This document shows, piece after piece, positions 10,298-20,739 of a DNA stretch of 64,000 nucleotides. Each line of letters starts with the position of its first letter. The stretch's first letter is position 1. The position numbers and the translations under genes were made by a program. Source of the DNA: Candidatus Bathyarchaeota archaeon (GTDB lineage: Archaea; Thermoproteota; Bathyarchaeia; 40CM-2-53-6); contig CAVSBL010000002.1 of the NCBI GenBank assembly GCA_963726255.1, positions 1,408,001-1,472,000 on the forward strand, in the 5' to 3' direction. Below the pieces are notes generated by a model. That model searched no databases. It had not been told where the DNA came from and saw only the letters and a list, made by a program, of their open reading frames with translations.

Positions 10298-11791
10298 CTA
10301 GAACCATCTTGAGATGACGACTTTTCTGTCCGTGAAGAAGTTGATCGCGTCGAAGCCTTGTCCGTGTAGGTCTCCGAAGAAAGAGTCTTTCCAGCCGCTG
10401 AATGGGAAGTAAGCTACAGGAGCCGCTATTCCTATGTTGACCCCGACGTCTCCTGCCAGTACTCTGTGTTTGAACTCTCTAGCCCACTTGCCGTTTTGTG
10501 TGAATATTGATGCTGCATTGCCATATGGGTTCTCATGGATGATTCTAAGAGCCTCTTCGAAGTCCTTGGCTCTGATCAAGCACATGACGGGTCCGAAGAT
10601 CTCTTCACTGCCAATCTTGCTCTTCGGGTTGACTTTATCGAATATTGTTGGGCCGATGAAGTAGCCTTTCTCGTAACCTGGCACTTTGATATTTCGACCG
10701 TCGAGGATCAATTCGGCCCTTTCCTTGATGCCGGTTTCGATGTAGGATAGGACCTTCTCTTTGGCTTGCGCTGAGCGAAGCGGCCCCATTTGCACAGTTT
10801 CATCTAAGCCGTAACCGGTTTTGACAGCCTTCGCGGCTTCCAATAGCTTCTTCTTCAGTTGCTCGTAGAAAGCATCGTCACCAACGGCTACTACGTTAGC
10901 ACCTGCTAAGCATCTTTGACCTGCACAGCCGTAGACTGAGTTCATTACAGCAGGCATGATCTTGTCGAGTGGTGCATCAGGCATAACCAAGAGGAAGTTC
11001 TTCGCACCACCTTGGCATTGTGCCCGCTTGCCGCCTGCAGTTGCTTTAGCGTAAACGTATTTCGCGACGGGTGTTGAGCCTACAAAAGACACGCCCCTCA
11101 CGTCTTTGCTTTCGAGAAGCGCATCAGAGACATCTCTTGATCCGTTCACGAGGTTGACCACGCCTGGTGGAAAACCTGCCTCGTCTACTAGTTCGAACAG
11201 CTTGTTTTGGGTCAGTGGGACTTCGCTTGAGGGCTTCAGGACATAGGTATTCCCGCACGCGACAGCATAGGGTAGGAACCACCATGGGATCATTGCTGGG
11301 AAATTGGAGGGGGGAAGGCATGCGAAGATTCCCAATGGCTGCAGGACACATTCCTCATCCAGACCGGGAGCGATGGTCTCTAAGTTGTATCCCATCATCA
11401 GCGTAGGAATGCCTGCCGCATGTTCAACACATTCAATCGCTCGTCGAACTTCGCCTCGAGCCTCGTCGATGGTCTTCCCATGTTCCTTCGTTAGGATTTG
11501 AGACACTTCTTCGAAATGCTCTTCCATCAAATTCTTGAGGGTGAACATGTAGCGTGCACGCGTGAGCGGAGGCGTTTCCCTCCATTCATCATAAGCAGCT
11601 TGGGCATACCGGATAGTCTCTTCCACCTCTTCTCTGGTGGACATTGGGACACGGGCTAGCACTTCGGTTGTGGCTGGGTTGACGACGTCTAGGGTCTTAG
11701 TCGATTTTGACGCAACCCATTCGCCGTTGACATAATTCTTTATGACTTCGGCCTGGGCCTCACGCCCTATGACCTTTGTAGCCTGTACCAT
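10298..11791 (-). CDS. mmsA: CoA-acylating (methyl)malonate-semialdehyde dehydrogenase
   Basis: SFVGST, GGAKN, GCAGQRCLA catalytic Cys, EEIFGP, FSGWKDSFFGDLH, C-terminal SRWF. Confidence 0.9.
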   Translation of the reverse strand: MVQATKVIGREAQAEVIKNYVNGEWVASKSTKTLDVVNPATTEVLARVPMSTREEVEETIRYAQAAYDEWRETPPLTRARYMFTLKNLMEEHFEEVSQILTKEHGKTIDEARGEVRRAIECVEHAAGIPTLMMGYNLETIAPGLDEECVLQPLGIFACLPPSNFPAMIPWWFLPYAVACGNTYVLKPSSEVPLTQNKLFELVDEAGFPPGVVNLVNGSRDVSDALLESKDVRGVSFVGSTPVAKYVYAKATAGGKRAQCQGGAKNFLLVMPDAPLDKIMPAVMNSVYGCAGQRCLAGANVVAVGDDAFYEQLKKKLLEAAKAVKTGYGLDETVQMGPLRSAQAKEKVLSYIETGIKERAELILDGRNIKVPGYEKGYFIGPTIFDKVNPKSKIGSEEIFGPVMCLIRAKDFEEALRIIHENPYGNAASIFTQNGKWAREFKHRVLAGDVGVNIGIAAPVAYFPFSGWKDSFFGDLHGQGFDAINFFTDRKVVISRWF

Positions 11792-11960
11792 ATCAGTTCA
11801 CTAAACTTGGACACCGTCCAATCGGTTATTAGCCTTACGGTGTAGTATCATCAAGGACAATGCGATTGACTTCGTCTGATAGTGGGGAAAGTTGTGCATA
11901 CCAAGATGCGGCTATCAGCTCTCACCTTTAGCCGCCTAGCCGCACATTTCCCAAGTGGTA

Positions 11961-13304
11961 CTAGGCAACCTCTTTGTCTGCTACCTCAAGCGCCCTGTCG
12001 AGCACGCTGACGCCCTGCTCGAATTCTTCTTTCTTGATTATCAGGGGTGGGGCGACGGTTAGGTAGTTGATCCATGTGTTGATGAACACACCGTTCTTCA
12101 TGCATTCTGCGGCGACGCGGTCAACAACCAAAGGTTTGCCCTGTAGCTTATCCTCACGAGTATTGAAGCCCTCCTTGGATTTCCTGTTGCGGACCAATTC
12201 AAGTGCCCAGAAAAGGCCAAGCCCGCGCACATCTCCTACTGAAGGATGTTTATCTTGCAACGCTTTCAACTGTTTTCCAATGGATTGCCCCATTTCACGT
12301 GAGCGTTCAACGAGGCCTAGCCGCTTGTATTCTCCGATGGCCGCGACCCCTGCTGCCAATGTCAGTGGGTGCGCCTCGTAAGTGTGACCGTGCGCGAAGT
12401 AATTCTCCTCAAAATAATCCGAAATTTCGCGAGTTGTTGCGGTGACACTCAGCGGAACATACGCACCAGTGATTCCCTTGGCAGTTGTCATAATGTCGGG
12501 TTTGACCTTCCAGTGGTCTACCGCAAACCATTCGCCTGCCCGTCCCCAACCTGACATGACCTCGTCACAAATCAGTAGGACTTCGTGTTGCTCTGTAATC
12601 TCGCGGAGGCGGGGAAGGTATTCGTCAGGAGGAACGAGTATCCCATTGGTTCCAACAATCGGCTCGACAATGATGGCTGCGACGTTCGATTCATGCTTAA
12701 TCATGTACTCAATATAGTCGGCGCATGCGATGCCACAGTTGGGATATTCCAACCCGAAGGGACAACGATAGCAGTAGGCATCTGGTCCAAAAATAACCCC
12801 TCCCATTTTGCCGGAAGGTTCAATCGGGTATCGTCGTGGATCACCCGTGGCTGCAATTGAACCCGCAGTCGAACCGTGGTAGGATGAGTAGCGGGAAATT
12901 ATCTTGTACTTGCCCGTGAACTGCCTCGCAATCTTGAACGCAGCTTCGTTTGCCTCGGTCCCTGACGTAGCGTAGAAAAACTTCTCAAGTCCTTGGGGCA
13001 TAACCTCCAAGAGAGATTTCGTTAATCTTGCGCGTACATCCGTGGTAAAAGATGGCGCTGCGTAGGGAAGCTTCTTGGCTTGTTCGCAGATTGCTTCAAT
13101 TACAGCCTTATTCCCGTGACCTAGATTGGAACACATCAGTTGGGATGAAAAATCAAGAAAACGCTGGCCTGACGCGTCTGTAAAGTAGCATCCTTCTGCG
13201 CTAACAATCTCGCGAGGAACCCACCCTTTTTGCGCTCGCCAAGTTCCATACGTGTACTCTTTTGATACTTTCACAACGTCCGACTGGGTAGCAGCCTGAA
13301 CCAT
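11961..13304 (-). CDS. Class III (omega-amino acid) aminotransferase
   Basis: SGTEANE, YHGST, DEVMSGWGR, TAKG PLP-lysine, HGHTY. Confidence 0.9.
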   Translation of the reverse strand: MVQAATQSDVVKVSKEYTYGTWRAQKGWVPREIVSAEGCYFTDASGQRFLDFSSQLMCSNLGHGNKAVIEAICEQAKKLPYAAPSFTTDVRARLTKSLLEVMPQGLEKFFYATSGTEANEAAFKIARQFTGKYKIISRYSSYHGSTAGSIAATGDPRRYPIEPSGKMGGVIFGPDAYCYRCPFGLEYPNCGIACADYIEYMIKHESNVAAIIVEPIVGTNGILVPPDEYLPRLREITEQHEVLLICDEVMSGWGRAGEWFAVDHWKVKPDIMTTAKGITGAYVPLSVTATTREISDYFEENYFAHGHTYEAHPLTLAAGVAAIGEYKRLGLVERSREMGQSIGKQLKALQDKHPSVGDVRGLGLFWALELVRNRKSKEGFNTREDKLQGKPLVVDRVAAECMKNGVFINTWINYLTVAPPLIIKKEEFEQGVSVLDRALEVADKEVA

Positions 13305-13428
13305 AATGCATCCATTCCTTTTACCAGAATTTACGCTTAATAGTATTACTGTCCAATTCCTGCGTCAAAATTCTGGACGATGTACAGTGCGGTATTGAGG
13401 CCTAAGGGAATATTCTCTATTGCCTCAG

Positions 13429-14778
13429 TTAGGAAACGTAGACAATCATGAGATCCATTAGATTCGTACCCGTCTCGCCAGTGCGTATGGCGTCGTGTAA
13501 TCTTCTGAAGGCGCTTGAAGAATCATGCATCCTTAAGCATTCAACGGCATCTATACCAGCCCTCCTAGCGCGTTCTAGACTGTGGCCGTCAACTATCGCC
13601 CCTGCTAGGTCAGTGGGGCCGTCAGTTCCATCGGTACCGATGGAAGCGATGGTGATTTTCTTACTGCCTGCTATTTTCAGGGCTGCCGCCAATGCCAATT
13701 CTTGATTTCGACCTCCTTCTCCGTGCTCCCCCCGAATAGTTACGGTAGTTTCGCCGCCCGCGACCAAGACACATGGAGAGTTAAACGGCTGCTCGTTCGT
13801 CTCGATTTCTTTTGCAATACTTGCCAAAATGATACCAACGTCCTTTGCCTCCCCCTCGACACTGGTTGATATCGTCACGGGGCGTAATCCAAGTTCGGTC
13901 GCCGTTCTCACGGCAGCCCGACAAAGCATCGGATTCTCCGCAAAAATAACATGGTGTGCCCTTACGCCCATCCGTTCAAAGTCAGTTGACTTCGGAGTTT
14001 CTTGATCAATGTCTGCTTTCTCGAAGTAATCCCTTGCCGAGCTGGGAATTTTGTCCCACAGATCATATCTTACAAGAACATGCTTTGCATCGGAGAATGA
14101 AGTCGTATCCGAAACGGTAGGCCCCCAAGGAAGACCTACAACTTCATCGATGGCGATTAAACTAACAACTTCGGCCTGGTGCGCAGCCATTGACAGTTTT
14201 CCGCCACCCACTTGAGAGAGATGCTTTCGAACAGTGTTCATATCTTCGAGGGGTGCCCCAGAATTCAACAGCAAGTTACAGACTTTTCTTGCATCCTCAA
14301 GGGTAATGCCTTTCGGGGGAAGCATGGTTAAGGAAGTACACCCGCCCGTAACACAGACAATTACAAGGTCATCCTTCTCTGCCTTTCTGGCTATCCGAAG
14401 AATTTCCTCACCTCCTATGGCGCTGCCCTCGTCAGGTATTGGATGGCCCCCTTCCATCACCCTAATCTTCTTGGTTTTGCGACCGCCTCCTTTCTTCTCG
14501 ACGACAACGCCTTCTCTAATTTTGTCTTGGAGAATGTCTTCAAGAGCACACGCGGCAAAGGTAACCTGTTTGCCTCCACCGATAAGGAATATGTCCTTAA
14601 TTTTCTTTAGATCGTATCTGAGCGGTCCTATCTTGAGATCGTCGTTAAGCTTGACCTGCTCCATGATGAGGTCATATGAGTTTACTTGTTCTAGGGCGCC
14701 CTCGATGATTTTAAGGACTGCCTCTCTTCCACGAATGTTTCCCTTAGACGTAAGCTCGTCCGAATTTTGTATTACCAT
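13429..14778 (-). CDS. Glycerate 2-kinase (MOFRL/TtuD family)
   Basis: GGHPIPD, NTVRKHLSQVGGG, GGETTV, GGRNQE, GTDGTDGPT, TGTNLMD. Confidence 0.88.
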   Translation of the reverse strand: MVIQNSDELTSKGNIRGREAVLKIIEGALEQVNSYDLIMEQVKLNDDLKIGPLRYDLKKIKDIFLIGGGKQVTFAACALEDILQDKIREGVVVEKKGGGRKTKKIRVMEGGHPIPDEGSAIGGEEILRIARKAEKDDLVIVCVTGGCTSLTMLPPKGITLEDARKVCNLLLNSGAPLEDMNTVRKHLSQVGGGKLSMAAHQAEVVSLIAIDEVVGLPWGPTVSDTTSFSDAKHVLVRYDLWDKIPSSARDYFEKADIDQETPKSTDFERMGVRAHHVIFAENPMLCRAAVRTATELGLRPVTISTSVEGEAKDVGIILASIAKEIETNEQPFNSPCVLVAGGETTVTIRGEHGEGGRNQELALAAALKIAGSKKITIASIGTDGTDGPTDLAGAIVDGHSLERARRAGIDAVECLRMHDSSSAFRRLHDAIRTGETGTNLMDLMIVYVS

Positions 14779-14787
14779 AAGCTAGTA

Positions 14788-16041
14788 CTAGGCTCCGACT
14801 GGCAAAACATATGGTCCTCCGGGAACTATTGCCGTCCTCAGTTCTTGATTTGATTGCATACCGCATAGCCGCAGAGCTTCGTCAACTGACTTGGCGTGCT
14901 CCATTTTCATTGTCCTTACGGTCTCGGGGTCAACCCCGTCGGTGACGACTATGACCTTGGCCTTGGACAGGATTCTTGCAAGTATCTGGATGTTATCCTG
15001 ATCCTCAACGGGCTCGTCCGTCTTCAGCTTCTTAAGGACGTCTTGGGGATCCTTCCCAAGGGACATGTACTTCTGAAAGACCTTGTGGCCCACGCCGTCT
15101 CTACACTCGCTTGCCAGAACGATAGTCCCGCCTTTTCTTATCATCAATTCTCCGACAGCCAAACCTTTGACACACTGATACAAGTTCCTGTCGAGTGGAT
15201 ATCCACCATTTGTTGTCACGACGACATCAAAGAGTTCGTGAAATTCCACTTTCATGTCTTCAGTAACTGCTTTGGCCGCTTTTCTGTGAGTTGGTCCTGG
15301 TTCTCCAATGAATAGGTGCGTCATGTTCTTTTGGGAGTCTACAGTGACGTTTACGATGAGGTGCAGTCCGCTCTTCTGACCTCCTTGAACAATATCCTCG
15401 TAGATGGGGTTGCGGTCTAGAAGTCCGTATCTAGCCCTATCATGCGCTACCATGTCGAAGCTGTGGTTCTTCAGAATTGTAATCTTGCCCGCGATACCCG
15501 GTACGATGCTTTTGTATCCTCCGCCGAATCCTGCGTGAAAGTGCGGAACCACTAACCCGGCGGCGATCTTCAAGTCCGATTCCATAAACCGCCTGTTGAG
15601 GAAGACTGGGGTGCCTCTCGTAGTTGTTCCAAGTGAAACCAATTCCCCGTTGGCATCGTGGTTTTCAATGCAAAACTTGTCTACAATCGTTTGTCCAATA
15701 TTCTCGATCAAATCAGCGCGGCTCATTGGCGCGTGAAGGCCATTTGCAACTAGAATTGTGATATTTTCTCTTGCGACTCCAGCCTCCTCAAGCTCCCCCA
15801 AGAGGAGGGGAACGATTACGTCGTTGAATGCGAAGCGAGTATTGTCGCTGACAACAACGCAGACCTTCTTGGCCTTAAATCCGAGGAAGAAGGAGCGATT
15901 CTCCTTGAAATAGCTGGAGATCTTGCTTTGAGCGTAATTTCTGGGATCAGTAATTGCTCTCGCATCTTTAGGCCTAAGTATTCTTACTTTTCGGGGTGCC
16001 TTGAGGTTGACGTACTTCTGTCCATAAGGGAGTTTTACCAT
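14788..16041 (-). CDS. larA: LarA-family nickel-pincer 2-hydroxyacid racemase/epimerase
   Basis: SDNTR, GLH, PHFHAGFGGGYKS, GGYPLDRNLYQCVKG; start taken at MVKLPYG. Confidence 0.88.
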   Translation of the reverse strand: MVKLPYGQKYVNLKAPRKVRILRPKDARAITDPRNYAQSKISSYFKENRSFFLGFKAKKVCVVVSDNTRFAFNDVIVPLLLGELEEAGVARENITILVANGLHAPMSRADLIENIGQTIVDKFCIENHDANGELVSLGTTTRGTPVFLNRRFMESDLKIAAGLVVPHFHAGFGGGYKSIVPGIAGKITILKNHSFDMVAHDRARYGLLDRNPIYEDIVQGGQKSGLHLIVNVTVDSQKNMTHLFIGEPGPTHRKAAKAVTEDMKVEFHELFDVVVTTNGGYPLDRNLYQCVKGLAVGELMIRKGGTIVLASECRDGVGHKVFQKYMSLGKDPQDVLKKLKTDEPVEDQDNIQILARILSKAKVIVVTDGVDPETVRTMKMEHAKSVDEALRLCGMQSNQELRTAIVPGGPYVLPVGA

Positions 16042-16069
16042 CGTTCTTGTCGTCCATCCTCGTTCACGA

Positions 16070-17356
16070 TCAAACTGGCCTGCGATAGTTCGCCCCTGCA
16101 TACGTTGCCGACTCGCCTAGTTCTTCTTCTATCCTTAGCAATTGGTTGAATTGGGCGGTTCTTTCACTTCTGCATGGAGCCCCGTTCTTGAGTTGACCTG
16201 CACCTATGGCAACGGTTAGGTCGGCGAGCCATGTATCCTCCGTTTGGCCCGATCTTTCAGAAGCGACGACACTGTAGCCGTTCTTGACGGCATATTGCGC
16301 GACGTCCAAGGCCTCACTCAATGTTCCTATCTGATTGACCTTCCAGAGTACGGCATTGGCCGCGCGACTTTCTACTCCCGTTCGAACCCGTGACAAATTA
16401 GTGACGAAGAAATCGTCACCCACTATCTGAATTCGCCCCAATCTCTTAGTGACCTCAATGAAGCCCTCAAAATCATCTTCATCGAATGGATCCTCGATCG
16501 ATTTAAGCGGCAACGTGTTGACCAACTCTTCGTAAAGATCCATAAGGTTCTCGCGAGAGAATTCTTTGCCCATCAGATGGTACTTGCCATACTTCCTATC
16601 GTAAAGATGACTTGCAGCCGCGTCCATCGCGAGTATGAACTTATCTTCATAACCAAGTTCCTCGATTGCTCTGAGAATCTCGTCAAAGGCGTCATGAGGG
16701 TCGCTTATGCCGGGAGGCGAATAAGCTCCCTCATCGCCTACGTTCAAAGCGTACTTTGATCGTTTCGCGAGCCGTTCTCCTAGTTTGAAATAGACCTCAG
16801 CGCTGAGACGCATAGCCTCTGAAAAACCCTCGGCTCCAATTGGCATAGCATTGAATTCTTGAAAATCTAGGTCAGTTGCACCAAGTTTTCCGCCGTTTAT
16901 CATAATTATCATGGGAACAGGAAGTATGTGCGCTTGGGGACCCCCGATGTATCTGTAGAGGGGAAGACCGAGAGCCTCTGCAGCGACCCGTGCAACTGCG
17001 AGAGAAACGCCGACGATGGCGTTCCCTCCTAGTTTCGACTTATTCTCAGTTCCATCGAGTTCAATTATCGTCGAGTCTATCTCCTTCTGGTTTCTGACAT
17101 CCATCCCGGTCACTTTAGGTCCGATGACCTCATTGACATTTCTTACAGCAGTCAAGACGCCTCTTCCAGCATATCTAGAACCACCGTCTCTCAGTTCGAA
17201 AGCCTCGTATTTTCCTCTGGATCTACCGGACGGAACATCAGCTCTTGCCCTTGCTCCCCCTTCGGCGATAACATCTACCTCTATCGTTGGGTTTCCTCTT
17301 GAATCCAGTATCTCCCTCGCCCTCACTGATTTGATTCTGAAGATTTCTTGAGACAA
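16070..17356 (-). CDS. eno: Enolase-family protein with divergent active site
   Basis: REILDSRGNPT, VGDEG, SIEDP, VGDD, KVNQIG retained; GASTG is GRSRG, the GGxHA His is lost, SHRSGE is SERSGQ. Confidence 0.85.
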   Translation of the reverse strand: MSQEIFRIKSVRAREILDSRGNPTIEVDVIAEGGARARADVPSGRSRGKYEAFELRDGGSRYAGRGVLTAVRNVNEVIGPKVTGMDVRNQKEIDSTIIELDGTENKSKLGGNAIVGVSLAVARVAAEALGLPLYRYIGGPQAHILPVPMIIMINGGKLGATDLDFQEFNAMPIGAEGFSEAMRLSAEVYFKLGERLAKRSKYALNVGDEGAYSPPGISDPHDAFDEILRAIEELGYEDKFILAMDAAASHLYDRKYGKYHLMGKEFSRENLMDLYEELVNTLPLKSIEDPFDEDDFEGFIEVTKRLGRIQIVGDDFFVTNLSRVRTGVESRAANAVLWKVNQIGTLSEALDVAQYAVKNGYSVVASERSGQTEDTWLADLTVAIGAGQLKNGAPCRSERTAQFNQLLRIEEELGESATYAGANYRRPV

Positions 17357-17564
17357 ACCGATTTACCAGCACACTAAGTCAATTCTACGCGCGTTTCTTG
17401 AACAAGGACTTATCCTTTCGAACTGTGGCTTATCTTCGACGCAATTGGGTGCAAAACGGCACAATGGCTCGTTCGAAAGATGGAGTCAATGTCAGGTATT
17501 CTTCTCGATATGCTTTCGGATTGAACCCGGGTGTTCCTTACGCGTGCGGCGGTCTCTGGCCAGC

Positions 17565-18026
17565 TCAAGTCTCCATTCTTGGATCCTCTTTTAGTATTCT
17601 TGCGACAACTTGCGTGCTGGTTCTTTCAATATCGCTCATGTTGCTGAGGCGTTCCAGTTTTTGCATATAGTCATCTCTGTCATGTGCTCGGATTAGGACT
17701 ATGAAGTCGACGTCTCCAAGAATATAATATACAGCCCAGACTCCAGGGATCTTGGATAGTCTGAGTCCAACTTTCTGGTGATACCGCGGGCCATACTTGG
17801 CTCGAACAAGCACCGCTGCAAGATAGTCGTACCCTAATCTTGCAGGATCGAGTTTCGCATAATACCCTTCAATTACCTTCTCTCGCTCTAGCCTGCTGAT
17901 TCTGTAGTGCACCGTTGATTTCGGGATGCCAAGCCTCTTAGCGATTACCTGCAGTGGAACCCTGGAATCTTTTTGAAGTATCTTTAGCAGGGTCCTATCG
18001 ATCTTATCCAACTTTGCCACTTCCAT
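17565..18026 (-). CDS. Lrp/AsnC transcriptional regulator
   Basis: LDKIDRTLLKILQKDSR HTH, GDVDF RAM domain. Confidence 0.92.
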   Translation of the reverse strand: MEVAKLDKIDRTLLKILQKDSRVPLQVIAKRLGIPKSTVHYRISRLEREKVIEGYYAKLDPARLGYDYLAAVLVRAKYGPRYHQKVGLRLSKIPGVWAVYYILGDVDFIVLIRAHDRDDYMQKLERLSNMSDIERTSTQVVARILKEDPRMET

Positions 18027-18226
18027 TCGGCACACAACGCCCCATTTGGACAGTGGAGCTTTTCTTTAAGACACTATCGGAATGTTGGGCTCAAGAATCC
18101 GATACGCGATGAAGAAAGCGTTTAGCCAATTTTACTGGCGAACCTTGTCGGGTAGCTGGGATTGGCTGCTCAACATATATTTTGGAGAGACATGCACGAT
18201 AGACGGGCCTTGAAGGTGGAACCACA

Positions 18227-18682
18227 ACGCAAGTTTCGGCCAAACTAGAGCGGGTTAAGAACCTAAAATTCAACGTCAAACTGCCAGACGGACGCCGAAT
18301 TGAACTAAACTCGGGCGAGGAGATGGGTCAAGCCTTCACCCCCATGGAGCTCTTCTTGGTCGCCTTGGCAGGTTGCACTGCGATGGATGTGCAATGGATT
18401 ATGGATAAGGAGAGGCAACAGGTGGACCGGCTTGAAATTTCAGCTCGGGGAACTCGGCGAGATGAAGACCCGATGTACTATGAAAGTATCGACTTAGAAT
18501 ACACGCTCGCGGGTCCGAGCATTAGGAAGGATGCCGTTGAAAGAGCAATTCGACTCTCACAGGAAAAATACTGTTCAGTATGGGCTATGGTGAATGATAA
18601 TGTCAAACTTAACATAACTTACAGGATTGCGAACGGAACCGATCCGGAGCAACAATACGCCTACACGGCCCAGGCAAGATAA
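18227..18682 (+). CDS. OsmC/Ohr-family protein (start probably upstream of ATG 18323)
   Basis: PMELFLVALAGCTAMDV...SQEKYCSV; the frame extends upstream as TQVSAKLERVKNLKF behind an AGGTGG SD-like motif. Confidence 0.8.
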   Translation, partial: TQVSAKLERVKNLKFNVKLPDGRRIELNSGEEMGQAFTPMELFLVALAGCTAMDVQWIMDKERQQVDRLEISARGTRRDEDPMYYESIDLEYTLAGPSIRKDAVERAIRLSQEKYCSVWAMVNDNVKLNITYRIANGTDPEQQYAYTAQAR

Positions 18683-18948
18683 GCCGTGGGTAACTTGCCA
18701 TCATAAATGGCAATGCCGCTTTTATTCTGGTTAGGCCATAACATACCTAGGTGGATATTGGGCAGCCCTAAGATGGTTCGGAAGAAGAAGAAAGAGCAGG
18801 CCAAACCCGCGCATACGGGTCAGATGTCAACTTCAGGACACTAACCACCGGATTGGTTAGTATCGAACCGCCTGCGCCAAAGAACTTCAGTTTATGTACG
18901 TAAGTCTCTATTGCGCCTTGGCGATCAATCTCCGGCGGACGGAAGCGA

Positions 18949-20109
18949 ATGCAGGAAACAGAAGCTAAAGAGTTCTACCAGTACGACCCCGCCAAGCGAG
19001 CCCTTGCCAAGCGTTACGAAAATGTGAAGCTAATTCTAGAACCTATCACTGGAACAATAGTTCCGGTCGCACTCTCCCTCTTTCTGCTCTTCTCGGGGAC
19101 ATCAGTTAAGCTCGCCCAAAGTCTCGCTTCGATGACCAGTTCTTACTGGATGACGTTGGGTTTGTACATTATCTCTTTCGTAATCTTCCTGCAGGTTGTA
19201 GAAACGCCATTCTCGTTCTACTCAGGGTACATTGTCGACCACAGATTTCACCTTTCAACCCAATCCTTGAAGGATTGGAGTGTTGACGAGTTGAAGAGCC
19301 TTGGAATCGAGGTGGCCTTTGGCGTACTAGCAGGAGTCACCCTCTATTATTTGATCAGAACTACGACTTTGTGGTGGCTCGCGGCCGCAGCGCTCTTTGC
19401 AATTTTCTCAATCCTGCTCTCAATAATTCTACCTTACGTTCTCATGCCGATATTCCATAAAGTTACACCACTCGCTGATCCGTCATTGAAGGACACACTT
19501 CTTGAGATGTCAGGGAAAGTCGGCGCGAGAAGCGTCGACCGGGTCTTGGTAGCGGATGAAAGCAGCAAATCCATCAGAGCGAACGCATTCTTCTCAGGGA
19601 TCGGTGGGAGTAAAGCGATCGTACTGTTCGATACACTGCTGAATAGTTTCACACGTAGAGAGGTGATTACTGTGGTCGCCCATGAACTTGGGCACTACGT
19701 GAACAAAGACATCTGGAAGGAAGCAGGTCTATCCGGCGTCCTGACATTGCCGCCGTTCTTCTTTGCCGACTTCGCCGTGAGGCAGGCAGCGAACAGCCTG
19801 GGGTTGGCCAGCATGGCCGACCCTGCTGGTGTCCCAATAATTATCGCCATCTTGGTAGGCGTGAGCTTCTTGCTGCAACCATTCTCCAACGGAATCTCCC
19901 GAGTAATGGAGAGGAGGGCTGACGAGTTTGCCCTTCGAGCTGCGGACGATTCGGACGCGCAGTCATCAGCTGAGAGGCGGCTGGCGGATTTGAGCCTCGC
20001 CGTAGACAAACCGAATCGGCTTGTTGAACTGTTCTTCTACTCTCATCCCTCATCCGCTAGACGCGAGCAGTTGGCTGAGGATTGGAAGAAAAAGCACACT
20101 AACAAATGA
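18949..20109 (+). CDS. M48 (Ste24/CAAX-protease-like) zinc metalloprotease
   Basis: ANAFFSG, HELGH, ERRADEFA, SHP; multiple TM segments. Confidence 0.9.
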   Translation: MQETEAKEFYQYDPAKRALAKRYENVKLILEPITGTIVPVALSLFLLFSGTSVKLAQSLASMTSSYWMTLGLYIISFVIFLQVVETPFSFYSGYIVDHRFHLSTQSLKDWSVDELKSLGIEVAFGVLAGVTLYYLIRTTTLWWLAAAALFAIFSILLSIILPYVLMPIFHKVTPLADPSLKDTLLEMSGKVGARSVDRVLVADESSKSIRANAFFSGIGGSKAIVLFDTLLNSFTRREVITVVAHELGHYVNKDIWKEAGLSGVLTLPPFFFADFAVRQAANSLGLASMADPAGVPIIIAILVGVSFLLQPFSNGISRVMERRADEFALRAADDSDAQSSAERRLADLSLAVDKPNRLVELFFYSHPSSARREQLAEDWKKKHTNK

Positions 20110-20193
20110 AGCATCGGTCCACTATTCTTGTCCACGCCTCACGCATGGCGAACAACACTTTCGCGGGCCGTGGGCATAAGTCTCATGTCTCAC

Positions 20194-20739
20194 TCAGTAA
20201 ACTTTTCTGATTCGCGCGATCAGGGACGGTCCGATTGCGCCGAGTAAGATTGCGGTCGTCAACTCGTGGGCCAGGCCGAAAGGATAGGGGCTAACGCTGC
20301 CCGTAATGAATGGAACGTAGAGGGCCAGGACCGCGCCCAGCCACGGGTAACTGAAAAGGAGAGCATCAATAACGGATGTCCCAATATCGAATAACATTGT
20401 AAGAAAGAAACCCACGATCGCCATCCTCCATCGACTAAACGAGCTTGTACGATGCCATAACAAACCCGCGAGTAACCCTACAACGGCCATACAGCTCGAC
20501 GTCTCCAGAGTCCATATACCCGCACCATAGGGGCTGACCAAGTCGCTAAGCGTCATAGAAAGCCAACCAACAGCAAACCCTGCCAAAGGGCCACCCACCA
20601 CACCACTAACGATCACGAGAAAAGCAATGGGCTTCACGTTAGGGGGACCCCAAGCGAGGGCGAACCTGAACGCAACGTTCGCTGCTGAAAGCGAAGCCAC
20701 GAGAGCCAAAAGCTTAGTCTTGCTTGGCACTGGAACCAC
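20194..20739 (-). CDS. ECF transporter S component-like membrane protein
   Basis: PPNVKP...GPLAGFAVG...SD motif, about 5-6 TM segments. Confidence 0.7.
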   Translation of the reverse strand: MVPVPSKTKLLALVASLSAANVAFRFALAWGPPNVKPIAFLVIVSGVVGGPLAGFAVGWLSMTLSDLVSPYGAGIWTLETSSCMAVVGLLAGLLWHRTSSFSRWRMAIVGFFLTMLFDIGTSVIDALLFSYPWLGAVLALYVPFITGSVSPYPFGLAHELTTAILLGAIGPSLIARIRKVY

